This document shows positions 9,942 through 20,118 of a stretch of DNA of 64,000 nucleotides, in pieces. A program made the translations under genes and the position numbers. Origin of the DNA: a virus. The first letter of the stretch is position 1, and each line of letters begins with the position of its first letter. The notes below the pieces were generated by a model. That model made no database searches. It worked only from the letters and a program-made list of their open reading frames with translations, and was not told the origin of the DNA. The stretch is taken from IMG/VR virus record IMGVR_UViG_3300028394_000034; one strand, given 5' to 3'.

Positions 9942-10742
9942 TTATTCCTTTTCTATTTTAGATATCCAATAATTAATATTTAATATGGATAAGTCATATT
10001 TTTTATTAATACATTCTAAATATTTTTGTTCCAGAAGCTCTTGGTCCATAAGATCTTTTTGATTTTCTAATAATATTACAGGCAATTTATTATACACCTC
10101 ATAAAGTTTATAGTTGGCAACTTTAAAAGTAATAGGTATTCTATTGCAATATAATATTTCCCATAATCTATGAGTATCCAAGCCATTTCCTGCTGGACAT
10201 ACTATCATTTTGTAATCTAATACTTTGTCAAAAAAAGAGTCTAATGAAAGATTTGGTTCTTCCCAATCAATAAAAGTTGCATTTTGACACATTTCCTTGA
10301 TTAGATTTCTATAATTAGGATTGGTATTAGTATTAAAGTTAGCATATACAAATTTTGTTGGCTGTTTATTATTTGAATTAGTTTTCTCTAATAAAGATTC
10401 CTTTAGAGTTGCCCTATCAAAATAACCAATACCGTGACCTTCTCTCACTGACGGGAGTTTGTTCTCTAGTCCTATTGGTAGAGGTTCTAAAATAGAATTA
10501 TTAGACAGGGCATTTTGAGCGTACCACTTTTTAATATTTCTGGGGGCAAGACTTATAATCTCGTCAGTAATAGCATAATCAGAATTTCCAGTAATTAAAA
10601 TAACATTATTGTTCTGTTTTTTAATATTTTCAAATTCAGAAAGTAGATAGTCTGTTTTACAGAAATAGATTGAAAACCCATTATGAAGGTGTGACAGTTT
10701 ATTGATCTCTATATATTTATGATTCATATGATTTCTCTTCAA
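9942..10742 (-). CDS. Exostosin-like/GT-associated protein
   Basis: LITGNSDY, KWYAQN, PLPIGLEN, VCPAGNGLDTHRLWE. Confidence 0.55.
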   Translation of the reverse strand: MKRNHMNHKYIEINKLSHLHNGFSIYFCKTDYLLSEFENIKKQNNNVILITGNSDYAITDEIISLAPRNIKKWYAQNALSNNSILEPLPIGLENKLPSVREGHGIGYFDRATLKESLLEKTNSNNKQPTKFVYANFNTNTNPNYRNLIKEMCQNATFIDWEEPNLSLDSFFDKVLDYKMIVCPAGNGLDTHRLWEILYCNRIPITFKVANYKLYEVYNKLPVILLENQKDLMDQELLEQKYLECINKKYDLSILNINYWISKIEKE

Positions 10743-11100
10743 TCAAATATGATTTTGATTTAAGATTTATTTGTTTTTTAACTTTTGCTCGTTCATCATT
10801 GGTAATATATACTGATCTGGCAAGATCAATAAATTCAGAATCAAACTGTTGCAGCTTTTCTTTTTCTCTAATATTATCTTCTATAATCCAAAGTTTTTTG
10901 TTAATATCTTTAAGACTATTATATAGTGTCTCAATTTCTGAATCTCTACTAAGTATATCTAAGAAGATAGGTCTCAAATGATCAATCTCATTCTCTATGT
11001 TAGTCAATTTTATTTTATCGGATATATTTGATTGCTTAATGATTAGTATTGAAAATTTATCAAGTATTTCACCATTAGAAATTAAAATTTGTTGACTCAT
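10717..11100 (-). CDS. Conserved hypothetical protein of glycosylation clusters
   Basis: ISNGEILDKFSIL...LWIIED...FIDLARSVYITNDERAKVK. Confidence 0.65.
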   Translation of the reverse strand: MSQQILISNGEILDKFSILIIKQSNISDKIKLTNIENEIDHLRPIFLDILSRDSEIETLYNSLKDINKKLWIIEDNIREKEKLQQFDSEFIDLARSVYITNDERAKVKKQINLKSKSYLIEEKSYES

Positions 11101-11104
11101 AAAA

Positions 11105-11719
11105 TTATTTCTTTTTTAGGAACATAAAGCCATTTCTATCATTAGAATCTATAATTATTTCATAATAAGGATATTTTCCTGATATAATTTCTTGTTTAAT
11201 CTTTTTACATTTTGTAGTATTAGTATCATCTAATGCAATAATTTTAGATCTGTTTTTTAATTTTAACCACTCAGAATATGTAGAGAACTCGCCACCATCT
11301 AGTAATAGAAAATCTATTTCTTCTGGAATAGAGGTTATTACATTAGGGGCTAATATTAGATTAGAAATATCCTCATTAAACCAGCCTTGTTCTTGATAAG
11401 TTAATTGATGAGATAAGACAAAGTTTTCAACATCAATAATTTCTACTATTCTTCCATAAATTAAATTAACATAGTTTGTATATTCATTTAGGTTTTGTTT
11501 TGCTTCATCATAGAATATCTTATTAGTTTCTAAGCTTATAAAATTAGAATTGATATTATTCTTAATAAGAGCATCAATTATTCTTTTTGTGGAACCAAGA
11601 CCTTTCCACGTTCCAATTTCTACAATGTTTTTGGGAGAATATTTTTGTATTATTTGATCGATAAAATCTGCAAATAATGAATTTTCTAAAATTTGTCCTT
11701 TAATACTCATATGAAACAA
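11105..11719 (-). CDS. Class I SAM methyltransferase-like protein
   Basis: IVEIGTWKGLGST, DFLLLDGGEF, IALDDT. Confidence 0.65.
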   Translation of the reverse strand: MFHMSIKGQILENSLFADFIDQIIQKYSPKNIVEIGTWKGLGSTKRIIDALIKNNINSNFISLETNKIFYDEAKQNLNEYTNYVNLIYGRIVEIIDVENFVLSHQLTYQEQGWFNEDISNLILAPNVITSIPEEIDFLLLDGGEFSTYSEWLKLKNRSKIIALDDTNTTKCKKIKQEIISGKYPYYEIIIDSNDRNGFMFLKKK

Positions 11720-12359
11720 TCTCCCATTTTATTGGCTTATTGAAGTGTGTCGGAGGTTTTCTTATATCATGGAAATATAATTTATTTGTAGTGTTGGGGA
11801 TACTATCTATAAGATGAAAAATAGAACTGTCAATACAATGTATTTCTTCAGCGTTTGTAATTATATCTATATAAGAAAGAAGGTGATATCCCTCTTGTTT
11901 ATCCATACAAAATATTTCTAGATTTGTATTTATAGAAAGTTTGTATTTTTGTTCGCTGCTTTCGTTATGGACTAGTATATATGGGTAGTGTGGAGCTTCT
12001 ATTAGGTTCTTAGGTTTTTGTTTGGGTAGCTTAAAGAATCTATATCTTTCTATAAAATCTATATTCAGCTGGTTATAGAATGAAATATCCCAATTTTTAA
12101 GATCACAATAATCAAATCCAATTCGTAAAACCTTATTATTGGTTTTTGAAGCATAATTATTAACTTCTGATATCTCATCGAATCCATCAATAGGAATAAC
12201 TATTACTTTGTCATTTTCTGAATATAAGTATTTGACAGTATCTATGTTCTTTTTTTTGCAAATCAAATGAATAGGCTCTTTTGAAATTTTACAAATATAA
12301 TTTACAAGACCATTACATACAAAATGATCTCCTAGTCCGAGATGATGATGAATAATCAT
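11700..12359 (-). CDS. Putative glycosyltransferase
   Basis: HHHLGLGD N-terminal motif and HCIDSS, within the glyco cluster. Confidence 0.5.
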   Translation of the reverse strand: MIIHHHLGLGDHFVCNGLVNYICKISKEPIHLICKKKNIDTVKYLYSENDKVIVIPIDGFDEISEVNNYASKTNNKVLRIGFDYCDLKNWDISFYNQLNIDFIERYRFFKLPKQKPKNLIEAPHYPYILVHNESSEQKYKLSINTNLEIFCMDKQEGYHLLSYIDIITNAEEIHCIDSSIFHLIDSIPNTTNKLYFHDIRKPPTHFNKPIKWEIVSYEY

Positions 12360-12365
12360 AGTTAT

Positions 12366-13013
12366 TTAGTTGTATTGTACTAGTTTTATAGGACAATAGA
12401 TTCCTTGGTATCCATTAGTAACTAGGTCTTGGCAAAATTTCCCATCTTCTGTTCTATAAAATTCCCATGATTCATTGAATTTTAATTTGCTAAAAATAGA
12501 TTTCTTAACACAAATATGAGATTGATGAATAGGATAGTCCTCTACTATAATATTAGTACACGATCTGTTTATATCTTTAATTTTATGTATTTCAATATTT
12601 TCTAAGTCCTCTGTCAAAAGTATTTTAGAAAAATCATCAGTAGAACTATAGTAGTTATGTACGAAAAAATCACATTCTGTATCTTTTATTATTTTTCTAG
12701 TAATTTCGATTTTTTGTTTATGGGGATAATCGTCAACATCAAAGAAAATAATAAAATCATATTTCGAAATAGAAGACCCTATATTTCTTGCTTTGGATTG
12801 AATTATTCTATTCGATATGCAACATGTCGTTATAGGTATTTCTTCTTTGTTTATCTTGATTATTTTAGGGATATCTAAATAGTCTTTTCCGCTACAAACT
12901 ATTATGATTTCATTTGGATGTTCTGTCTGATGATTTTCTAATAAGTTTAATAAATTTGATAGTAGTTGATAATCCTCATCATAGCAAGTTATACATAAAG
13001 AGGTTGTGATCAT
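12366..13013 (-). CDS. Glycosyltransferase family 2
   Basis: QSKARNIG, IIFFDVDD (DxD), TEDGKF. Confidence 0.75.
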   Translation of the reverse strand: MITTSLCITCYDEDYQLLSNLLNLLENHQTEHPNEIIIVCSGKDYLDIPKIIKINKEEIPITTCCISNRIIQSKARNIGSSISKYDFIIFFDVDDYPHKQKIEITRKIIKDTECDFFVHNYYSSTDDFSKILLTEDLENIEIHKIKDINRSCTNIIVEDYPIHQSHICVKKSIFSKLKFNESWEFYRTEDGKFCQDLVTNGYQGIYCPIKLVQYN

Positions 13014-13016
13014 TTC

Positions 13017-13793
13017 TTATTTGTTTCTTATTTGAGAGTAAATATTTTCTGCTTCCTTTAAATTTTTACATCCATGAAGTAGATAGAATCTTACTGGACA
13101 ATCATTTTTTAAATATTGTTCCTGTAGATCTTTATCTTCTAGATTATTATTTAGGTAAGCTTTGAAGAATTTGTAATCTGGTAAGTAATTATATCCAATA
13201 TCTTCACAAACTTGATATTTTGTTAAGAGAGCATTAAGAGTTCCTTCATCTTCAATATGAGATTTTATTCCTTGTTGATAGAAAAAAGAAAGATTAGATA
13301 CCATTTCTGAAATAAACTCTTTATGATGTGGAGCTACTATACCACAAGCATAAACCCATTTCATTTTAGGGGTATTATCGGAAAAATATTTATTTAAATT
13401 CCTAAGAGCTTCCTCGTGTATAGGATTAGTGAAGGGATTATGTGGATGCTTTGCAAATAATGGGTATTTTGATTTTGTGATTTTTTCTTCATTGGTTTCA
13501 AAAAGTTGATCTATTTCTTTTGTTGCTATCATATCAGAATCTAATATTGCACAAATATCATACGGATTGTTTAAGAGAGATAGCCATTTAACCATACAAA
13601 TAGCGTTGAAGGATATTGGATTGACTTCTATAGTATTGCTTGCAACTCTCTCCTGTTTAAAGTCATGAGCAAAATTAATACAATTAATTGTTATCTTATA
13701 TTTACTAAATTGTAAAATAGACTCAACAAGAACTTGTGCTAATGGGAGGTGACTCAGAGTCGTGAAAGTAGTGAATCCATAGTTCTTAGTCAT
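13017..13793 (-). CDS. GT-A-fold glycosyltransferase (GT8-like)
   Basis: AILDSDM DxD motif, DEGTLNALL, LLHGCK. Confidence 0.55.
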   Translation of the reverse strand: MTKNYGFTTFTTLSHLPLAQVLVESILQFSKYKITINCINFAHDFKQERVASNTIEVNPISFNAICMVKWLSLLNNPYDICAILDSDMIATKEIDQLFETNEEKITKSKYPLFAKHPHNPFTNPIHEEALRNLNKYFSDNTPKMKWVYACGIVAPHHKEFISEMVSNLSFFYQQGIKSHIEDEGTLNALLTKYQVCEDIGYNYLPDYKFFKAYLNNNLEDKDLQEQYLKNDCPVRFYLLHGCKNLKEAENIYSQIRNK

Positions 13794-14436
13794 TTATAAA
13801 TTTCCAGTATTCAGGATTTCTATTATTAAATTGATCAAAAACATCTCCAACAAATTCTTTATTTATTCTTGGTTTTGGAAAAGGTAGTCTATCAAAAAAA
13901 GGATCATGAACAACTTTATCTTCTGCAATTCTAGGATATAGAATGTTTCCTAAGAAATTATAATCAGTACCATAAGAATTATTTGGAGTAAAAGTATCAA
14001 ATAATTTTTTTAGATCATACTTTGTATTTTTCTTATATCCCCACATACCTCCAAGAATTGGAAATCCATGATGAGGATGATCTCTCATTATATGAAAAGT
14101 TTTATCAGAATTGAGCCAGTCATCTACAGCATATTTTTCTCTATAATTAAGACGAGAGTCAGTATCTCTAAAAATAGAAATATCTATATCCGGATCATAA
14201 GAGGTTTCAAATCTCCAGAACATACCAGTCCAATCACAAGCTTCTGTTTTGTGGATAATACTAGTATTTGGAAATTTTTTGAGTTGAGCAATAATCTCTT
14301 GGCTTGTGTCTTCCCCCACAAAGAATAGACACTTCCATTCTGGATAAATAGATAATGCTAATTCTGCATTTTTTATAGCCCCAATAGTATATTTAGGATT
14401 ATTGCCCCAAAGACTAAATGATATAACTTTATTCAT
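13786..14436 (-). CDS. Conserved putative glycosyltransferase
   Basis: ISFSLWG, MFWRF, FRDTDSRL, HIMRDHPHH, ILGGMWG. Confidence 0.55.
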   Translation of the reverse strand: MNKVISFSLWGNNPKYTIGAIKNAELALSIYPEWKCLFFVGEDTSQEIIAQLKKFPNTSIIHKTEACDWTGMFWRFETSYDPDIDISIFRDTDSRLNYREKYAVDDWLNSDKTFHIMRDHPHHGFPILGGMWGYKKNTKYDLKKLFDTFTPNNSYGTDYNFLGNILYPRIAEDKVVHDPFFDRLPFPKPRINKEFVGDVFDQFNNRNPEYWKFIND

Positions 14437-14447
14437 ATCGATGGAGA

Positions 14448-15038
14448 CTATTTCTTATAATTATAGATATATACTGTATGGTTTCCCCAGATATCATCTA
14501 TAAGATCACTGATAAAATTCCAGTTTCCACCAGCTAATCCACTACCGAATTTAGGGGCATGAATTTCAATCTGTTCATTCTTGTTTAGGAACCCTGTATT
14601 CTGATGAATGTATTGCTTAATTTCGACCATACACTTCACCAGTGCTGCATAATTTAACGGTCTTGTATTATTGCTGCCACGAACACCGTTCTGAGCAATC
14701 ATATTTACAAAATAAAGTTTATGCTTATATTTTGGATCTTCATAGGTGTTTAGTATTTGAGAATATCCAAGTCCCCTATTTCCTTTGAGAAATGTTTTTC
14801 CTAGCATATGATAATTAGCTTTTACACTTGGGTACTCATTTGCTACTTGACCAGCAAATCCCGCACCGAATAGGTCTATATTATTACAAACATGAGGAAC
14901 AAAAACAGTACAACCCCCATTGCCTGCTGAAACTCTTTTTCTTACAGATTCAAATATATCTTGGTTATTGATTATGTATTGATTACTATTTTGCGTTCTA
15001 GTAGCCATAATTATTTTTCCTTGTTTATTTTTGACCAC
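14448..15038 (-). CDS. Macro domain (ADP-ribose hydrolase/binding, Poa1p/DarG-like) protein
   Basis: HVCNNIDLFGAGFAGQV, NMIAQ, IHAPKFGSGLAGGNW. Confidence 0.8.
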   Translation of the reverse strand: MVKNKQGKIIMATRTQNSNQYIINNQDIFESVRKRVSAGNGGCTVFVPHVCNNIDLFGAGFAGQVANEYPSVKANYHMLGKTFLKGNRGLGYSQILNTYEDPKYKHKLYFVNMIAQNGVRGSNNTRPLNYAALVKCMVEIKQYIHQNTGFLNKNEQIEIHAPKFGSGLAGGNWNFISDLIDDIWGNHTVYIYNYKK

Positions 15039-15268
15039 TTATTTATGGGACACTCTTGGTCTGCCCAAGCTAATTTATTCATGAAAATTTTTCTATTATT
15101 AACAGAACATCCACAAATACCGCACTCAGACTTTGCTACTCTGAATTTTTCACAACTTAAACATATTAGATATCTAGAATCTATTTCTGACTGAGAACTC
15201 TTAGGCGACCCTGCCCAAATATGAAACATCAAAGACTTGAAGAATGTTTTAAGCTTGATTATCCACAT
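15011..15268 (-). CDS. Cys-rich hypothetical protein
   Basis: RYLICLSC...CGICGC...ECPINKW. Confidence 0.6.
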   Translation of the reverse strand: MWIIKLKTFFKSLMFHIWAGSPKSSQSEIDSRYLICLSCEKFRVAKSECGICGCSVNNRKIFMNKLAWADQECPINKWSKINKEK

Positions 15269-15494
15269 GTTCTTTTTTGCTCTCTTTAATAGCTATAATA
15301 TTATTATCTTTATCCATTATAAATAATTGTACAGCTTCTATCATTTCGTTTGGCTTAACCCATCTTGAATTACCGTCAGTAAGACTCACGCTAAGTCTAT
15401 CTCCATTCTTCTTAAAATCTGAAGATAGAATATAAGTATTATTGTTCAATATAAAAGCATCCCCATTACTAAGCTCTTCTATATATTTAGTCAT
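15249..15494 (-). CDS. Hypothetical protein
   Basis: ORF track; coupled to neighbours. Confidence 0.6.
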   Translation of the reverse strand: MTKYIEELSNGDAFILNNNTYILSSDFKKNGDRLSVSLTDGNSRWVKPNEMIEAVQLFIMDKDNNIIAIKESKKEHVDNQA

Positions 15495-15690
15495 ACTTAT
15501 AGTTCTCCTTCCAATCTTCCCAAATTTCTTCTTCTTTCATATGCTCCTTTTTTCTTTTAAGTTCTTTATTGAACTTAGGAACACCTCTATCATCGAAAGA
15601 TTTGTCTTTCTTGTCCAAGAATTTATTTTTAAGCTGTTTCCTTCTAAAATCCTTCCTATCTCCAGAATCCTCTTGAAAATTTTTAGCCAT
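15487..15690 (-). CDS. Hypothetical charged protein
   Basis: First gene after the minus-strand promoter at 15743-15771. Confidence 0.6.
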   Translation of the reverse strand: MAKNFQEDSGDRKDFRRKQLKNKFLDKKDKSFDDRGVPKFNKELKRKKEHMKEEEIWEDWKENYKYD

Positions 15691-15742
15691 TTTATATCGA
15701 AATTAAACCTCAACGAAAAAGGGAATTAGATACTTACAAATT

Positions 15743-15771
15743 AGTATATGTCATAACTTCCATTTTGTCAA
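15743..15771 (-). promoter_or_regulatory. Sigma70-type promoter
   Basis: TTGACA-17 nt-TATACT on the minus strand. Confidence 0.75.
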
Positions 15772-15887
15772 GATAGCCCATATGTTCTAAAATTTCCCTA
15801 AGTTGCCTACCAACAGGAACGATTTAATATTGATGCAGGTCGGTGGATATTACTTATACTTACTACTCCAATTACTCAATAATTCTA

Positions 15888-17537
15888 ATGAATAAAACAA
15901 CACTGGTCACGGGCATCTGGGATTTGGGTAGATCCGATTTATCGGAAGGTTGGAGTAGGAGTTTTGAGCATTATATAGATAAATTTAAAGCCCTCCTCTC
16001 TGTTAAAGATATTAATCTTGCTATTTTTATAGACCCAAGCTTAGAAAATTTAGTATGGGAATATAGAGATAAAAGTAATACTGCTGTTTATCACCACAGA
16101 AAAGAGAATTTTGCTGGTGATTTCTTTCCTTTTTTTGACAAAATACAAAAAATAAGGACAAATGAGAATTGGCTTAATCAAACAGGATGGTTAAAGGATA
16201 GTACCCAAGCAAAAATGGAATGGTACAATCCTATGGTTATGAGCAAAATGTTCCTTCTTAATAATGCTAGTATTTTTAATCCATTTGATAGTGACTATTT
16301 TTTCTGGATTGATGGTGGAATATCTAATACTGTTCACACTGGATATCTTAGTCATGATAAAGTAATAGATAAAATAGAAAAATTTACTAAAAAATTTCTT
16401 TTTGTTACTTTTCCTTACGAAACATCTTCAGAAATTCATGGCTTTGATATAAATGGAATGAGAAAATTTGCAAATTCTCCTTCTGTTAATAGAGTAGCTA
16501 GAGGTGGATTTTTTGGAGGTAGAAAAGAATATATAGCCGAAGCTAATACTTTGTATTATTCTCTATTAAATGAAACTTTAAATTCAGGCTTTATGGGTAC
16601 TGAAGAGAGTATTTTTACATTAATGACATATCTTGACGAAGACATATACTCATATGAGCCAATCAATTCAGATGGACTGATTAATACTTTCTTTGAAAAT
16701 GTAAAAAATAATACTACAAAAATTGAACAAGCGAATCAAAATCTATACAAAAATTCAAATGATGATATTATTTTATACATAAATGCTTTTAATTCTCCAG
16801 AACAATTACAAATGGTGCTTGATTCTTTTGAGCAATTTGATTCTAAATTTCTAAGCAAAACTAGAAAAATCCTAATCAATAACACAACAAAAACAGAACT
16901 ATTCGAAAAATATGACGCTATTTCTCAAAAATATAATTTCGAAGAAATAAGAAAAGGAAATCTTGGAATCTGTAGAGCAAGACAATTAGCAGCAGAACAT
17001 TTTGCAGAGTCTGGTTCTAAGTATATGTTATTTTTTGAAGATGATATGTTGCTAGATCTTCGTGTAGATACTTGTCAATTTGGTTTTTTGAAAAAGGTCA
17101 ATAATCTATTTGATAATATTGTTAAAATTATGGATAATGAAAATTATGATTTTCTAAAATTAAGTTTTAGTGAATTCTTTGGACACAATGGGGAGCAATG
17201 GGCATGGCATAATGTTCCTCAACATCAAAGGATAGAATATTTTGGAGATATCAATAAAAAACCACCTACAAAGTACTCTTGCATAAAAACTTTTAATAAC
17301 ATACCCTTTGCAGAAGGGGAGGTTTACTACTCTAACTGGCCCCATATAATAAGTCAAGAAGGTAATACCAAGTTATTTTTAGATACAAAATGGGCTCATC
17401 CCTATGAGCAGACATGGATGAGTCATATCTACACATTAACAAAACAGAATAAAGTTAAGCCAGCAATTTTACTATCCAGCCCCATAACTCATAACAGAGT
17501 ACATTTTTATGACGCAGAAGAACGAAGAGAAAATTAA
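15888..17537 (+). CDS. HtrL/YibB-like glycosyltransferase fused to a second GT-A-like domain
   Basis: TLVTGIWDLGR, SKMFLL...NPFDSDYFFWIDGG, GTEESIFT; second domain ICRARQ...LFFEDD. Likely start is ATG 15888 rather than the track start 15843. Confidence 0.7.
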   Translation: MNKTTLVTGIWDLGRSDLSEGWSRSFEHYIDKFKALLSVKDINLAIFIDPSLENLVWEYRDKSNTAVYHHRKENFAGDFFPFFDKIQKIRTNENWLNQTGWLKDSTQAKMEWYNPMVMSKMFLLNNASIFNPFDSDYFFWIDGGISNTVHTGYLSHDKVIDKIEKFTKKFLFVTFPYETSSEIHGFDINGMRKFANSPSVNRVARGGFFGGRKEYIAEANTLYYSLLNETLNSGFMGTEESIFTLMTYLDEDIYSYEPINSDGLINTFFENVKNNTTKIEQANQNLYKNSNDDIILYINAFNSPEQLQMVLDSFEQFDSKFLSKTRKILINNTTKTELFEKYDAISQKYNFEEIRKGNLGICRARQLAAEHFAESGSKYMLFFEDDMLLDLRVDTCQFGFLKKVNNLFDNIVKIMDNENYDFLKLSFSEFFGHNGEQWAWHNVPQHQRIEYFGDINKKPPTKYSCIKTFNNIPFAEGEVYYSNWPHIISQEGNTKLFLDTKWAHPYEQTWMSHIYTLTKQNKVKPAILLSSPITHNRVHFYDAEERREN

Positions 17538-18783
17538 TACAATATTTGTACAAATAGCTTCTTATAGGGACCCTCAATTAGTCCCTACTATTGAAAATAT
17601 GATAGAGAATGCTAAATTCCCTGAGAATTTAAGAATAGGTATTGCTAGACAATATAGTCCAGATGATAAATTTGATGATCTATCAAAATATAAAGAAGAT
17701 ACAAGATTTAGAATTCTAGACATTCCATACAAGGAATCTAAAGGAGTTTGTTGGGCAAGAAATCAAGTTCAACAACTATATGATGGAGAAACATATACTC
17801 TACAAATAGATTCTCACATGAGATTCGAAAAAGATTGGGATGTTGGATTTATCGAAATGATATTAGATTTACAGAGTAAAGGATTTAAGAAACCTCTTTT
17901 AACAGGATATGTCTCATCTTTTGATCCAGAAAATGATCCTGCTGGAAGAACAAAAGAACCTTGGAGAATGGGTTTTGATAGATTTATTCCAGAAGGTGCT
18001 GTTTTCTTCTTGCCAGAGACTATTGATGAATATCAGCAATTATCCTCCCCAGTTCCTGCAAGATTTTATTCAGCACATTTTTGTTTTACTTTAGGAGAAT
18101 TCTCCAAAGAGGTACAACATAATCCAGAATACTATTTTCATGGAGAAGAAATAAGTGTTGGGGTAAGAGCATTTACTCATGGATACGATCTCTTCCATCC
18201 TCATAAGACTTTAATCTGGCATGAATATACCAGAAAAGGAAGAACCAAGCAATGGGATGATGATATTACTTGGGGTCAAAAAAATAGTCATTCACATCTT
18301 ACTAATAGGAAACTATTCGGTATGGATGGAGAAACACAGGAAGGTCATGAGGGCAAATATGGCTTTGGAACAGAACGAACTTTAAGAGACTACGAAAGAT
18401 ATGCTGGTTTGTTGTTTTCTAAAAGAGCAGTACAACAACACACATTAGATAAAAAATATCCTCCCAACCCATATAACTATTCATCTGAAGACGAGTGGTT
18501 AAATAGTTTTTCTAGCATATTCAAACATTGTATAGATGTTGCCTACTCAAGTGTACCAGAAACAGATTATGAATATTGGGTTGTTGCATTTCATGATGAG
18601 CAAGACAATACTCTTTTCAGAAAAGATGCAGACCCAACAGAGATCAATAGTATGAAAAATGATCCTGATGGATATTGTAAGGTTTGGAGAGAATTTCCAA
18701 CAGCAAATAAGCCTAAATACTGGGTAGTTTGGCCTTTTAGTAAATCTAAGGGTTGGTGTGAAAGACTCACGGGCAATCTATAA
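17509..18783 (+). CDS. GlcNAc-transferase (GT60/Skp1 GlcNAc-T-like)
   Basis: IFVQIASYRDP, SKGVCWAR, YTLQIDSHMRF, FHGEE, WHEY. Confidence 0.75.
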   Translation: MTQKNEEKINTIFVQIASYRDPQLVPTIENMIENAKFPENLRIGIARQYSPDDKFDDLSKYKEDTRFRILDIPYKESKGVCWARNQVQQLYDGETYTLQIDSHMRFEKDWDVGFIEMILDLQSKGFKKPLLTGYVSSFDPENDPAGRTKEPWRMGFDRFIPEGAVFFLPETIDEYQQLSSPVPARFYSAHFCFTLGEFSKEVQHNPEYYFHGEEISVGVRAFTHGYDLFHPHKTLIWHEYTRKGRTKQWDDDITWGQKNSHSHLTNRKLFGMDGETQEGHEGKYGFGTERTLRDYERYAGLLFSKRAVQQHTLDKKYPPNPYNYSSEDEWLNSFSSIFKHCIDVAYSSVPETDYEYWVVAFHDEQDNTLFRKDADPTEINSMKNDPDGYCKVWREFPTANKPKYWVVWPFSKSKGWCERLTGNL

Positions 18784-19472
18784 TGATTATTACCCATAAA
18801 GATACTGGGACTCTTGGGGATTTTTCAACACAATTACCACTATTATCTTCTTTAAAACAAAGAGGAGAGTATATCCACTTATCATTGCCAAAAGCATATG
18901 AAAAATTTAATGGATTAAAAAATTTTTTATTATATCAAGAATTTATTGATGAAATAGATTTTTTAGATTTAATTGGAGATATAGATATACAAGCACATAT
19001 ATGCAATGAACCAAGACCATGTAGAGCAAGATACATGTCTAAAAAATTAGGATTTGATATAAATACCAAATTATCATTGTTTTGTCCAGACATATCCGTT
19101 TCTGATGAATATCTACAAAAACCTTTAATTATAGATAAAAATACTCCAGATAGAAATAGGCCAATAATGAAACGCTCTGGTCTATTTCCTGAAAATGAGT
19201 GTACTTATTTAAATTTTGATAATCATGATATCATATACAATATTAATATCTGTAGAAAAACAAAACAAAAGATATTCTGTTGTCTAACAGGATTTCCTGT
19301 ATTATTGCAGTTTTTTAACGATATAAATTTTACTATTGTTTGGTTTTCAAGAGAAGATCAAGAAAATCTATCAATAACTTTTTATGGAGATGACTCGCCA
19401 TATTATGAAACATATTTTGAAAACGAAAACATTAAATTAGAATACTGGAAAAATATAGAAAATGTTGCATAA
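18783..19472 (+). CDS. Putative glycosyltransferase-like protein
   Basis: GTLGDF N-terminal motif; cluster context. Confidence 0.45.
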   Translation: MIITHKDTGTLGDFSTQLPLLSSLKQRGEYIHLSLPKAYEKFNGLKNFLLYQEFIDEIDFLDLIGDIDIQAHICNEPRPCRARYMSKKLGFDINTKLSLFCPDISVSDEYLQKPLIIDKNTPDRNRPIMKRSGLFPENECTYLNFDNHDIIYNINICRKTKQKIFCCLTGFPVLLQFFNDINFTIVWFSREDQENLSITFYGDDSPYYETYFENENIKLEYWKNIENVA

Positions 19473-20118
19473 CTATTTGATACCAAAACAAATAAAAAAT
19501 AAAATAAGATTTGGAGTCCCAAAAGATGGAGGATACGTACTATCTTTAGAGCATATATATGCAAAAAAACTTATTTCCTGCGGGTGTGATAATCAAACCT
19601 CTTTTGAAGAAGATTTTTTAAGATATAATCCAAATAGTCATATAGATATATATGATATTAATGACAAATGCGATTTAGCACAAACTAATAACTGTGTTAA
19701 TTTCTATAATAGAAAAGTTATAGATTTGAACGAATTAAATATTTCTGAAGAATGTATTATTCAAATGGATATTGAGGGAGATGAATATAATATACTTAAT
19801 GAATATACTGGAAATTTTAAAAATATAAAACAGTTTGTAGTAGAATTTCATTTATTCTGGAAAGACGATATAAGTATTTGGAAAAATATTTTTGAAAAAC
19901 TTAATAGATATTTTTATCTTATTCATATTCATGGTAATAATTGTGAAACGATATCTAGATATCCTCCAGTTCCAGACGTTATAGAATGTACATACTTAAA
20001 TAAAAATTATATAGATTACATACCAGAAAAAGAGACCTCTACATACCCACTTCAAAACTTAGATTTTCCTAATTGCATAAGCAATCCTGATTTAACTCTT
20101 AACTGGTGGAATACTTAA
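19462..20118 (+). CDS. FkbM/Methyltransf_22-like methyltransferase
   Basis: RFGVPKDGGYVL, QMDIEGDE, QFVVEFH, IHIHGNNC. Confidence 0.75.
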   Translation: MLHNYLIPKQIKNKIRFGVPKDGGYVLSLEHIYAKKLISCGCDNQTSFEEDFLRYNPNSHIDIYDINDKCDLAQTNNCVNFYNRKVIDLNELNISEECIIQMDIEGDEYNILNEYTGNFKNIKQFVVEFHLFWKDDISIWKNIFEKLNRYFYLIHIHGNNCETISRYPPVPDVIECTYLNKNYIDYIPEKETSTYPLQNLDFPNCISNPDLTLNWWNT

